Assembly (NCBI GenBank): GCA_015522685.1
Contig: WALU01000032.1
Coordinates: 44,760 to 108,759 of the forward strand
DNA: 64,000 nucleotides
Origin: Thermoproteota archaeon
GTDB lineage: Archaea > Korarchaeota > Korarchaeia > Korarchaeales > Korarchaeaceae
Direction of reading: 5' to 3'
A program made the position numbers and the translations under genes. The notes beneath the pieces were generated by a model, which was not told the origin of the DNA, did not search any database, and saw only the letters and a list, made by a program, of their open reading frames with translations. Below are positions 1 through 9,461 of the stretch, in pieces (positions within the stretch are counted from its first letter, which is position 1; the number at the start of each line of letters is the position of its first letter).

Positions 1-42
1 GGCAATTTCTTCTACAGCTTTAATAGCAGGTTCTTCAGCCAT
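1..42 (-). CDS. 5' end of a gene running off the window (MAEEPAIKAVEEIA...), product unknown
   Basis: ATG at 42 on the minus strand, open to the window edge; divergent from gcvT. Confidence 0.5.
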   Translation of the reverse strand, partial: MAEEPAIKAVEEIA

Positions 43-112
43 GTTTAACCCTAAGATCAGAATAGATCTAGAAAATGTAATAACTTTTCCTTGAGAGATT
101 TTATGGTGAGCG

Positions 113-1222
113 GTGATGCTTAGGCTATTACTCGAGAATCTCCACGCTAAGTTAGGTGCGAAGTTTTTCAAATTCGCTGGATGGAACATGCCAATGAAGT
201 ACACAAATTCGCTGAAGGAGACCCTTGCTGTGCGAAATTATGCCGGGGTGTTTGATATATCTCATATGGGTCGATTCATCCTAGAGGGACCTAATGTAAT
301 AGAGTTCCTTCAGAGAGCAACGTCTAATAATATAAAAATTTCAAATGGTAAGACTAGATATACACTAACTCTGAACGAGAATGGTGGCATAAAAGATGAT
401 AATGTAATGTTTAAGCTCTCAGATGATAAAGTATTATTCATTGTCAATGCGTCTAATAGAGAGAAAATATGGAATTGGTTTCAGAATCTCCTCTCACAAT
501 GGAATCTGAATGTTAAAATTAGTGATGAAACTCTAAAAACGGTTATGATAGCTATTCAGGGTCCAAAGGCTAAAAAACTTACTCATGAAGTGTTAGGCAT
601 AACATACAATCTCCGAAAATTTAGGGTAGTAAAAAGTAGACAGAATGGAGTCGATTATGTTCTAAGTACGACGGGATATACAGGAGAAGATGGGTATGAG
701 ATAGTGACCTGGGATATAAAATGGGCAGAGAGGATACTAAATTCTTTGATTGAAAAAGGGACTGTTCCTTGTGGCTTGGTAGCTAGAGACATTCTCAGGC
801 TTGAAGCCGGACTTGTCCTCTATGGGAACGATATAGAAGAGGACATAAACCCATTCGAAGCTAAACTAGACTTCGCGGTCAATCTGTCTAAGGAATACTT
901 CGTAGGTAAAGAGGCTCTAGAAAAAGTGAAACAGAAAGGTATTTCAAGGATAAGAGTTGGATTTTTGAGCAAAACGAGAAATTCTCCTAGGAAGGGTGAT
1001 ACTATATATAAAAACGGCAGTCAAGTAGGGATGATCACTAGCGGAACGTTCAGTCCTACAATAGGCAAAGGGATCGGAATAGGATATATTTCACCGGATT
1101 TAGCAGGAATAGACAAGGAATTAACCGTAAAAGGTGTAAAAGAGCTGAAAGTAAGGATATGCAAACTGCCCTTCTACAATGAAAGTATGTTTGGATGGAG
1201 AAGAAAAACGAGAGCTACCTGA
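113..1222 (+). CDS. gcvT: glycine cleavage system T protein (aminomethyltransferase)
   Basis: FAGWNMP, GVFDISHMG, TGYTGEDGYEI, RDILRLEAGLVLYGND, TSGTFSPT motifs. Confidence 0.95.
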   Translation: MMLRLLLENLHAKLGAKFFKFAGWNMPMKYTNSLKETLAVRNYAGVFDISHMGRFILEGPNVIEFLQRATSNNIKISNGKTRYTLTLNENGGIKDDNVMFKLSDDKVLFIVNASNREKIWNWFQNLLSQWNLNVKISDETLKTVMIAIQGPKAKKLTHEVLGITYNLRKFRVVKSRQNGVDYVLSTTGYTGEDGYEIVTWDIKWAERILNSLIEKGTVPCGLVARDILRLEAGLVLYGNDIEEDINPFEAKLDFAVNLSKEYFVGKEALEKVKQKGISRIRVGFLSKTRNSPRKGDTIYKNGSQVGMITSGTFSPTIGKGIGIGYISPDLAGIDKELTVKGVKELKVRICKLPFYNESMFGWRRKTRAT

Positions 1223-1547
1223 CCTTACCTAACACCACATGACTTACGGTTTTAGCGAGCCTTCTCGTTTCAACTATTTTTACAAGATCTCCCTCACTAA
1301 CCTCCATACATGGAGGAAGATGTGCATGGATTTTGCTTCTTCTTTTCTCATATCTCTTGTATTTCGGTTTATACTGAAGGTATTCTACTAAAACGGTTAT
1401 GGTGCCAGTCATCTTCATGCTTAATACTCTTCCTACGGTAGCCTTCCCTCTAATAGAGATTGATCCATGCCATGGACATCTATCATCATTGCATTCTCTC
1501 TCAGGAGGAACTACATCTCTGATTAGACTTTCAGGTAGCCTTTTCAT
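1215..1547 (-). CDS. rps17: 30S ribosomal protein S17 (uS17)
   Basis: CNDDRCPWHG, KYKRYEKRRSKIHAH, GDLVKIVETRRLAKT; ribosomal cluster context. Confidence 0.95.
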   Translation of the reverse strand: MKRLPESLIRDVVPPERECNDDRCPWHGSISIRGKATVGRVLSMKMTGTITVLVEYLQYKPKYKRYEKRRSKIHAHLPPCMEVSEGDLVKIVETRRLAKTVSHVVLGKVR

Positions 1548-1816
1548 GCTCTCTTCACCCTCTCCTCAGGCCTTCCTATCAATTTATCACCTATTATGGT
1601 AACTTCCCTATCGTCCGGGAGTCTAAATAAAAATATCCTCTTCTCTTTAGATATCATGGAATCATGCTCCTTGGTCCTTATTATAAGCGTGTTCTTCGTT
1701 TCGTAAATAACTTGGCCCTCAATACTCATCTCTCTTAAATTAGGTGTCAATAACAACATCACCTCTAAGCCTATTAATTCATGATAGAGAATATTGGATG
1801 GCTTTATTGGCGCTAT
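1544..1816 (-). CDS. rnp1: RNase P protein component 1 (Rpp29/Pop4); probable start upstream of the tracked ORF, at ATA 1816
   Basis: In-frame upstream extension reads IAPIKPSNILYHELIGLEV (conserved HELIGLxV); also GQVIYETKNTL and LIGRPEERVK; located between L29 and S17. Confidence 0.85.
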   Translation of the reverse strand: MAPIKPSNILYHELIGLEVMLLLTPNLREMSIEGQVIYETKNTLIIRTKEHDSMISKEKRIFLFRLPDDREVTIIGDKLIGRPEERVKRA

Positions 1817-2022
1817 AACTTAATCCCTCTTTCTCTGAGAATTGTTAGTATTCTAGCCTTCTCTTTTCTCAAGGATCTGCTTAAGTGTATCTTCTCAGCT
1901 GCGCCCAGCAGTCTCTTAGCCTCCATTAAAAAATACTCTTTTTCAACATCCCTTAATCTCTCAAATAGCTCTTCATTAGTCATTCCTCTCAATTCTTCAA
2001 CTTCCCTTGGTGACATTGCCAT
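1813..2022 (-). CDS. rpl29: 50S ribosomal protein L29 (uL29); start taken at ATG 2022 after GGAGGT
   Basis: ELRGMTNEEL...LRKEKARILTILRER; located after S3. Confidence 0.9.
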   Translation of the reverse strand: MAMSPREVEELRGMTNEELFERLRDVEKEYFLMEAKRLLGAAEKIHLSRSLRKEKARILTILRERGIKL

Positions 2023-2830
2023 CCACCTCCTCAGAAGGTTTATCTTCTCCCTTCTCATTATCCTTATTTAGGCTTTCTTGCTCCTCAGCTTGACCAGTTT
2101 CTTCCTTGATAGCAGGTTCTATGGCCTCTACAAGCTCCTCAGGAACCTCCACACTAACCTCTGGCGTAGTTAACTTCTCCCTTTCCTCACTGAGCTTCTG
2201 TTTAACCTCCTCTATTAGCTTCTCATTTATCCTTATTTCATCAGCTCTCTCTACATCAGGTCTTACTATTCTAACTTTCACTCCTATAATACCTTGAGGC
2301 ATGAGTATGTGCTTTACGATATAATCAACCTTCTCTATCTGATCCTGTCCACACCTGTAAATGACTCCCGCTCTAAATCTCTCTTCTCTCGCTCTTTGGC
2401 TACCGAACTTACCAGATAGTCTTATCTCTACTCCCTTAGCTCCAGCCATCATGACACGCCTAAGAGTGGAAAAAGCTACCCTTTTATACCTCTCTCCTCT
2501 AGCTATCCTCCTAGCTATATAACTAGCAACTATTCTTGCACTTAAGAATGGCTCCTCTACCTTTTTAGCCTGAATGTAAGGATTAGAAATACCTAAATTT
2601 TCTTTTATCATCTCGCCTATCTTCTTAGAAGTTCTTCCTCCTCTTCCTATTATTATACCTGGTCTCTCCACGTAAACGGTTATTATATCCCTCACAGGAG
2701 TAGAGGATACATTGACCCCATGAAAGCCTGCCTTTTCGGCTACTCTCTCCATGAGTTCATGGAGAGAATAACGGACAATGCCTTCTTGGACTACCTTCTT
2801 ATAACTAGGCTGAGTTTTCATACTACTCAT
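1997..2830 (-). CDS. rps3: 30S ribosomal protein S3 (uS3) with acidic C-terminal tail
   Basis: KH motif RPGIIIGRGG, GAKGVEIRLSGK, GIIGVKVRI. Confidence 0.95.
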   Translation of the reverse strand: MSSMKTQPSYKKVVQEGIVRYSLHELMERVAEKAGFHGVNVSSTPVRDIITVYVERPGIIIGRGGRTSKKIGEMIKENLGISNPYIQAKKVEEPFLSARIVASYIARRIARGERYKRVAFSTLRRVMMAGAKGVEIRLSGKFGSQRAREERFRAGVIYRCGQDQIEKVDYIVKHILMPQGIIGVKVRIVRPDVERADEIRINEKLIEEVKQKLSEEREKLTTPEVSVEVPEELVEAIEPAIKEETGQAEEQESLNKDNEKGEDKPSEEVDGNVTKGS

Positions 2831-3297
2831 TCTTCCACCTCTCTTTCCTCTAATACTATCTCTACGTGAACCATCTGCTCAATCCTAGGACTAGCTCTCC
2901 CATATGCTCTGGGAAATATCCTCTTAAGCTTTGCACCTATTTGAGCGGCGGCATGTTTAACATAAAGGTTGTCCGGATCTAAGTCCTTACTAGTTGCATT
3001 ATGCTCTGCACTTTTCAGGATCTTCTTCACAAGCTTGGCGGCCTTCACCGGATATCTGCCGGGTTTCCACTCCTTCAGCTCCTTTCTATGAGGCACTGTT
3101 CTCTTAAACCTTCTAAAGGGTACGGCCCTCTTTAGAGCTATCACATCATCAAGTATCTGATAAGCCTCAGAGAGCTCCTTTCCTCTAATGCTCCTTAGAA
3201 GCTCTACTGTTTCTTTAAATGATACCCTTAGATCCCTTCCAGAAGCCATTGCCTCTCGCTCGTCAGTAGCGCTATATGAGTATCCCCATGTTGGCAA
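2827..3297 (-). CDS. rpl22: 50S ribosomal protein L22 (uL22)
   Basis: VSFKETVE, GRYPVKAA, PRAYGRASP, HVEIVL; TTG start with GGAGGT upstream. Confidence 0.95.
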   Translation of the reverse strand: MPTWGYSYSATDEREAMASGRDLRVSFKETVELLRSIRGKELSEAYQILDDVIALKRAVPFRRFKRTVPHRKELKEWKPGRYPVKAAKLVKKILKSAEHNATSKDLDPDNLYVKHAAAQIGAKLKRIFPRAYGRASPRIEQMVHVEIVLEEREVEE

Positions 3298-3344
3298 CTT
3301 TCTTTACCTCCTTCGGTTGGCATACCTTGGAGGTGTTTATAAAA

Positions 3345-4049
3345 ATGCTTGAAGCTGTCAGCTTAGTAGCTATAGATGTAGATGGTACCCTAACTTATAA
3401 GGAGCCATATATTCACTTGGGTGCCATTAAATCTCTTAGATCTCTAGGTAAGGAGGTACCTATCACCTTGGTTACTGGAAATCCTTATCCTATCGCCTAT
3501 GCTCTCACCGTTTATCTGAGGCCATATGACAAAGTGATAGGTATAGCAGAAAACGGTGCTGTAATCTATATAGGAAATAGAGAGATATTAGAGGGAAATA
3601 TTGAAGTGATGGAAAATGTGAGGAAATTTTTGATGAAGCGAGGATACTATAAATATATTTCTGAAGATTCCAAATTCAGATTTGTGGATATAGCGCTCAG
3701 AATGAAGCCGGAGGATCAGGAGAGGCTGAAGAAGGATTTATCTGAGGCTGGATTTGATGTTGAGACAACTTCCAGTGGATACGCTATACATGTACTTCCA
3801 CGAGAAATCAGCAAAGGAACAGGTCTTCTTACCCTATGCAAGGAGATGAATATAAGTTGTAAAGAAGTCGTAGCGATAGGGGACTCCTATAACGACATAA
3901 GCATGTTCTCTGCCGCTGGTCTCTCTATAACCCTCCCAAATGCTCCTGAAGATGTGAAAAAGAAAGCAGATATTGTGATAGGCGGACCTGGTTATGGCTA
4001 TAGCCTGCCTTTGGCCCTAAAAGTGGTTAAAAGGATCATTTCTCCTTAG
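3345..4049 (+). CDS. HAD-IIB phosphatase (archaeal phosphoglycolate phosphatase/SPP-like)
   Basis: DVDGTLT, VTGN, AENGA, SKGTG, AIGDSYNDISM; start moved to ATG 3345 to avoid overlapping L22. Confidence 0.88.
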   Translation: MLEAVSLVAIDVDGTLTYKEPYIHLGAIKSLRSLGKEVPITLVTGNPYPIAYALTVYLRPYDKVIGIAENGAVIYIGNREILEGNIEVMENVRKFLMKRGYYKYISEDSKFRFVDIALRMKPEDQERLKKDLSEAGFDVETTSSGYAIHVLPREISKGTGLLTLCKEMNISCKEVVAIGDSYNDISMFSAAGLSITLPNAPEDVKKKADIVIGGPGYGYSLPLALKVVKRIISP

Positions 4050-5004
4050 ATTCTCTTCTCTTAGAACCTCTTTCGAGCTTGATCCTCCAGTACACATAAG
4101 CACTAACTATTATTGGGAGTATTGAAGCTAATAATATCTCTTGCACAGGAAGATGAGGTTCCGTCTTTTGTACTATGACTATTAAAGACTTTCCATCCTC
4201 TTGAAGCTGAGGAACGAATTCCCATAAGGCATCATTCCATAATACTAGCTTAGGAGTGGGACTTCCTCCTAAAACCTCAATGTTATTGTTTGTAAAGTTG
4301 ACCCACACATTAGCGGATATATCGTTTGGTAAGGCTATGGTTAAAGGGGTTAGATCTATATAATAGTAGCCACTAGTGCTTTTTCTTAATTCCAGAGGGA
4401 GCGTGTCAACTGTAACAGCGTAATCTACAATCATAGCCCCGGTGGCAGCTTGGATCTCAGTCTTGTAGGATACACTGAGGCGCTTAATCTTGCTATCTCT
4501 CGTTGAGCAAGAAGCTATGGCAGTTATTCCCGTATAGTTTACGAAGGGAGTGACTCTATATGTCACATTAACAAAATTCCACCTTATACCGTATAATAGA
4601 AGAAACTTATCTCCATAGAGGAAGTTCATCATAGTATAGACTGTTGCATTGTTAAATTGCCCCATTGCTGCAGCCTTGGTGAAGAAGCTAGCTCTTATTG
4701 TAGGCTCTCCCGGTCTAGGGATGGCAATCATAGAATAGGTCCCTCTAGGGCCGGCTTGGGTCATTTTCAATGTTATGTTTCCACTATAGTTGATCCAATT
4801 AAGGATGGGAGCCTTTAGCATATTGGAGAAGTATAGAGTCTCTGGCTTATGTATAAGACGAAATATCTCCGCTTTCATTGTAGTAGATAGATCATTATGA
4901 ATCTCTATTGTCACTTTAGGCATAGGTCTCGATGAATGAGCTGGTAGCACGTTAAGGCTAATGAGAATGATAGATGCTATCAGTACTGTTTGAAGTTTTC
5001 TCAT
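4036..5004 (-). CDS. hypothetical exported protein with C-terminal membrane anchor
   Basis: Signal-peptide-like N-terminus, several N-x-S/T sequons, C-terminal hydrophobic helix followed by a basic tail. Confidence 0.7.
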   Translation of the reverse strand: MRKLQTVLIASIILISLNVLPAHSSRPMPKVTIEIHNDLSTTMKAEIFRLIHKPETLYFSNMLKAPILNWINYSGNITLKMTQAGPRGTYSMIAIPRPGEPTIRASFFTKAAAMGQFNNATVYTMMNFLYGDKFLLLYGIRWNFVNVTYRVTPFVNYTGITAIASCSTRDSKIKRLSVSYKTEIQAATGAMIVDYAVTVDTLPLELRKSTSGYYYIDLTPLTIALPNDISANVWVNFTNNNIEVLGGSPTPKLVLWNDALWEFVPQLQEDGKSLIVIVQKTEPHLPVQEILLASILPIIVSAYVYWRIKLERGSKRRESKEK

Positions 5005-5042
5005 GATTCACACCTTTCGACAAACCCTAACTGCATTCTTTA

Positions 5043-5050
5043 TTTAAATA
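5043..5050 (+). promoter_or_regulatory. probable TATA box of polB1 (leaderless transcript)
   Basis: TTTAAATA ending about 22 nt upstream of ATG 5073; no SD sequence. Confidence 0.45.
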
Positions 5051-5072
5051 ACCACCCTCAACTTACTCGGAT

Positions 5073-7562
5073 ATGTCTAACAAGAAGGGTATCTTACTCT
5101 CAGTGTTTTACTTAGGCAGTGATAAAACTGCTATACTGAAATTTTATGACCTTGAAAATGGCCAGGTTTTCCTAGTTAAAGATAGTACTGACCATAAGCC
5201 CTACCTTCTCACTAATGCTCCTCCAGACATTATAGAAAATATCTTACCTCCCAATCTTATCTCTCGTATCTATAATATCTCCACAGTGAATAAGTATGAT
5301 GTCCTTCGAGATCAGCAGATTGGGCTAACTAAGATTGAAGCCAAAGATCCCCTGGCGATCGGAGGATCTTCCCATAATATAAGAGACGAGCTTGTTAAGA
5401 AGGGATTTAACGTTTGGGAGGCTAAGATAAAATACTACGACTGCTATGTCTACGATAGAGGTCTAATACCCGGATGCTCATATGAGGTAGATGAAGAAGG
5501 TAATTTAAGGAGGACTTTAATTGAGAGGAATCTACCCGGTGAGTTCAGGGATCTAAATCCTAAAATAAAGGAAATTTTGGGATCATTCATACCACTATTT
5601 GATGAACCTTCGCCACCGATGCGCAATGCTGCTCTTGATATAGAAGTTCTATCTTCTCCAGATAGGATACCAGATCCCTCGAAGCCGGATAGGCCTGTTG
5701 CCGCTGTGGCATTGGTGGATAGTGATGGAAGAAAGGAGGTCCATGTACTGGCTAGAGGAGGGGATATACCAGATAAGTTGAGAAATGGAGCCAGAATTGT
5801 GAAGTATGAAAATGAAGGGAGGCTTATAAGATCAGTCCTAGATATAATCTCAGATTATCCCATAATCTTCACCTACAATGGAGATAATTTCGATATGCCT
5901 TACTTGGCCAGAAGGGCTAGAGAGTTGGGTGTAAGTGATAGGCCTATAAGGCTAGAGAGGGATCGCGCTCTGCTGGATACTGGAATGCATATAGATCTAT
6001 ACAAACTTTTCAGTAACAGATCAATTCAAGTTTACGTTTTCGGCAACAAATATCTGGGTTATACATTAGATGAGGTCTCTGAAGCTCTACTAGGAGAAGG
6101 AAAGATTCAACTAGGGACTAGAGACTTTTACTCGGTTGGAGTGAAGGATTTAGCGGAGTATTGCTTACAAGATGCGGAACTCACTTTCAAACTAGGAAAT
6201 ATAGGATCAAGGGAATTGATACATCTGCTGTTCCTCCTATCTAGGATAAGCAAGATGTCCTTAGAAGAGGTGTCTAGACAAGGTGTCTCTTCATGGATAA
6301 GAAACATGATATTCTTCGAATACAGGAAAAGAAATTGGTTAATACCAGAGAAAGATGAAATAAAGGCCATTAGAGGAGAGAGAACATATTCCCAAGCAAT
6401 AATAAAGGGAAAGAAGTATATGGGAGCCATAGTGCTTGAACCTGTACCAGGAGTACACTTTAACGTAGCTGTCATGGATTTCGCAAGCCTATATCCTTCC
6501 ATAATAGGGAGATGGAAGGTGAGTTTTGAGACAATAAATTGCCCTCATACTGATTGTAAGGACAACAAACCAGTTAGGGAATTGCCCCACTGGATCTGTA
6601 AGAAAGGGCTTGGCATAATTCCTTATATGATCCAAGCTCTCAGAGATGTGAGAGTCAGGAGATATAAGAGGATAGCTAGAGAAGAAAAGAACGAGGAAAT
6701 GAGAAGGTGGTACGATACAGTTCAGAGAAGCCTCAAGGTATTCCTCAATGCTTCTTATGGGATATTTGGATATGAGAATTTTCCTTTATACTCTCCACCT
6801 GCAGCGGAAATGATCACAGCTCTAGCAAGGAAATCAATGGTCCTTTCGATAGAGGAGGCTAAAAAAATGGGGCTAAAAGTGATATATGGTGATACAGATA
6901 GCTTATTCATAAAACAAGCTACAAAAAGTAGCATTGAATCCTTGGAGGCTGTTATAGAATCTAAGCTTGGTATAGATCTAGAGCTGGATAAGTGGTATCG
7001 CTACGTTGTCCTATCTAAGCTAAAGAAGAACTACCTAGGAGTTACAAAAGAGGGAGTTATTGATGTAAAAGGTCTCCTAGGTAAAAAGAGGAACATACCC
7101 AGATTTGTGAAAGAAGCATTCAATGAGGTCTTAGAAATTTTGAGGGGTGTCGAGGCTCCTGAGGAATTTGAGGAGGCCAAGCATAAAGTAGCTGAAACCA
7201 TAAAGTTATATGTTAAAAAATTAAAATCAGGTGAATTTGATCTAGAGGAATTAGCTTTCAGAACAATGCTCTCTAAGAGATTAGATAGCTACAAAAAAAC
7301 AACGCCGCAGCATGTTAAGGTAGCTAGAATGATGGAAAGCATGGGTTACAAGATAGTACCTGGCCAGGTTATAAAATACGTTAAAGTTAGGGGTAGAGAG
7401 GGGGTCATGCCAATTGAGCTGGCCAATAAATCCCAGATAGACAAAGGAAAATACTTAGAAATAATAAAAACAACATTTGAGCAAATACTTGATTCCTTAG
7501 ATATGAATTTCGATAGCATAGTCAAAGAGAGGAAATCAACTAGCTTGGAGGAATTCTTCTAG
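5073..7562 (+). CDS. polB1: family B DNA polymerase, crenarchaeal B1 type
   Basis: Exo motifs DIEV, YNGDNFD, YCLQDA; Pol motifs DFASLYPSII, KVFLNASYG, YGDTDS, KKNY; B1-type N-terminus; C-terminal PIP-like SLEEFF. Confidence 0.95.
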   Translation: MSNKKGILLSVFYLGSDKTAILKFYDLENGQVFLVKDSTDHKPYLLTNAPPDIIENILPPNLISRIYNISTVNKYDVLRDQQIGLTKIEAKDPLAIGGSSHNIRDELVKKGFNVWEAKIKYYDCYVYDRGLIPGCSYEVDEEGNLRRTLIERNLPGEFRDLNPKIKEILGSFIPLFDEPSPPMRNAALDIEVLSSPDRIPDPSKPDRPVAAVALVDSDGRKEVHVLARGGDIPDKLRNGARIVKYENEGRLIRSVLDIISDYPIIFTYNGDNFDMPYLARRARELGVSDRPIRLERDRALLDTGMHIDLYKLFSNRSIQVYVFGNKYLGYTLDEVSEALLGEGKIQLGTRDFYSVGVKDLAEYCLQDAELTFKLGNIGSRELIHLLFLLSRISKMSLEEVSRQGVSSWIRNMIFFEYRKRNWLIPEKDEIKAIRGERTYSQAIIKGKKYMGAIVLEPVPGVHFNVAVMDFASLYPSIIGRWKVSFETINCPHTDCKDNKPVRELPHWICKKGLGIIPYMIQALRDVRVRRYKRIAREEKNEEMRRWYDTVQRSLKVFLNASYGIFGYENFPLYSPPAAEMITALARKSMVLSIEEAKKMGLKVIYGDTDSLFIKQATKSSIESLEAVIESKLGIDLELDKWYRYVVLSKLKKNYLGVTKEGVIDVKGLLGKKRNIPRFVKEAFNEVLEILRGVEAPEEFEEAKHKVAETIKLYVKKLKSGEFDLEELAFRTMLSKRLDSYKKTTPQHVKVARMMESMGYKIVPGQVIKYVKVRGREGVMPIELANKSQIDKGKYLEIIKTTFEQILDSLDMNFDSIVKERKSTSLEEFF

Positions 7563-9461
7563 CTTCCTCTTTACTCTTCTACTAACTATGGCCCCATCTA
7601 TTTTCCCTCTAACTTCCTTCATAACCTCTCCCATTATCATACCAAAGGATCTCTCTCCTCTTTCTCTAATAATTTCAGATTTTCTTATCAAGATCTCCTT
7701 TATTATGGAATCTAACTTCTCCATAGATATCTGATGATCTTTGACATAATATTCGGCGCTTGTATATTCCCCTTTTGCGATAGCTCTCAAAACTTCCGGT
7801 ACAGCTTCCTTAGCAAGCCTACCTTCTCCCAGCAGCTTGGCGATCTCTATGAAATTATCTTCTTTGAGCTTTTCAATGGGTTCTTCATCTCTCTTAAGAG
7901 ATCTGATCACTGATATGAGCATGGAGGCCAAGAACCTAGTTGGAACATTATACTTCGAGATTCTTTCAAAGAGAGCCACTTTATCTTCATCAAATAGTTC
8001 CCAAGCTAGGTCCTCCGTAAGGTTATATCGCTCAACTAGCTTCTCAACGATCTGCTCAGGAGCTGGTGGAAGATACTTTATCCTTCTAAGGATAGGTACT
8101 GTCTTAACTGGTAAAACATCAGTTTCAGGATACATTCTCGCCGAACCTGGTATGGGTCTCATAAAGGATGTATTACCATCGAGTAAAGCTCTCCTAGTCT
8201 CATTAGGGACTCTCTTAAGGGCGTACTTAAGTCTCTCTCTTATAGATCCAAAAGCCAGCTCTACAGGCTTTCTTTTACCCATAACGAGTATGAAAGAATC
8301 TCCTTCCTCACATGATAACTCTGATCTCACTCTCCTAACGTGATCCTCATCTATTCCATAATTGGGCAGCTCATCTCCGTGTAATATTCCCTTAACCCCC
8401 CCAAATACCTTAGCATAATCAGATAACTCTGTCCCAAATCTCCTTCCAAGCTGGATTTCACTCCCTAATATGCCGGAGAATCCGACAACCCTCATCCCAT
8501 ATACCTTATCTCCTCTAGCTAGCGCTTTCCTTACAAGGTGAGACTTGGAATCAGCTAAAGCATTCGTTACATCTACTATGGGTGTCCTCAAATATTCTTC
8601 CTTGATACCCCTAGATATCAAGCTATCTTTGATCTTTATGAGGGTTATCTGTCTCTGAACCTCCCTTCTCACAATCTCCGGTATTAAATCTAGATCTTGC
8701 ACTCCTTTTATCTCCTGCCTAGCTCCATCCCTTATGGATACGTTGATATCCTGCCTTATTGTCCCTAACCCCCTCTGAACCCTGCCTGTAGCTCTGAGCA
8801 TTCTTCCAAGTTTAAGAGCTGCCTCTTTAGCTTGATCTGGGTGCCAAATGTCTGGTTTAGTTGCCAACTCTACTAGAGGAATACCAAGCCTATCCAACCT
8901 ATACTTGGCTATTTCAGGCCTGCTTTCAACTATATAAGCGGATTCTTCCTCTAAACATAGAGTAGCCATCCTCACAAAACCCCAATTAGTTTCTATACAG
9001 CTCTCCTTTCCTCCAATAGCTACAAGGGCTGTTCTTTGAAAGCCAGTAGTGTTACTCCCATCCACAACTATCTTCCTCATAACATGAATTTCATCTATGG
9101 GCTTCATTTTCAACATCAAGGCTATGGTTAGAGCGATCTCCAGAGCATCCTCATTTAGTGGATATGGAGGAGATTCATCAGCTTCAACTTCACATGTGTT
9201 ATCATAATATACACCATAAAGGAACATCCTTCTTCTCAGAGATTCAAATTTAGCAGCTGGATCCACAGCTCCTAGCTCACTGTAGGAGATACCTAGCTTT
9301 CTCTTGATCCACGAATCTGGTTCATCCTCTCTCATAATTGATGGGCATTCACAGAAGAGTTTATGAGAATTAAGTCTCTGATGAATCTCAAGGCCGACCT
9401 TAAGACCTAAATCCTTATAGTCTAGATCCGTAAGCTCACCTCCAGCAGGAGGGGAATACAT
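7536..9461 (-). CDS. gatE: Glu-tRNA(Gln) amidotransferase subunit E
   Basis: LGLKVGLEIHQRL, MRKIVVDGSNTTGFQRT, RGLGTIRQD, PGSARMYPETD. Confidence 0.97.
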   Translation of the reverse strand: MYSPPAGGELTDLDYKDLGLKVGLEIHQRLNSHKLFCECPSIMREDEPDSWIKRKLGISYSELGAVDPAAKFESLRRRMFLYGVYYDNTCEVEADESPPYPLNEDALEIALTIALMLKMKPIDEIHVMRKIVVDGSNTTGFQRTALVAIGGKESCIETNWGFVRMATLCLEEESAYIVESRPEIAKYRLDRLGIPLVELATKPDIWHPDQAKEAALKLGRMLRATGRVQRGLGTIRQDINVSIRDGARQEIKGVQDLDLIPEIVRREVQRQITLIKIKDSLISRGIKEEYLRTPIVDVTNALADSKSHLVRKALARGDKVYGMRVVGFSGILGSEIQLGRRFGTELSDYAKVFGGVKGILHGDELPNYGIDEDHVRRVRSELSCEEGDSFILVMGKRKPVELAFGSIRERLKYALKRVPNETRRALLDGNTSFMRPIPGSARMYPETDVLPVKTVPILRRIKYLPPAPEQIVEKLVERYNLTEDLAWELFDEDKVALFERISKYNVPTRFLASMLISVIRSLKRDEEPIEKLKEDNFIEIAKLLGEGRLAKEAVPEVLRAIAKGEYTSAEYYVKDHQISMEKLDSIIKEILIRKSEIIRERGERSFGMIMGEVMKEVRGKIDGAIVSRRVKRKLEEFLQAS

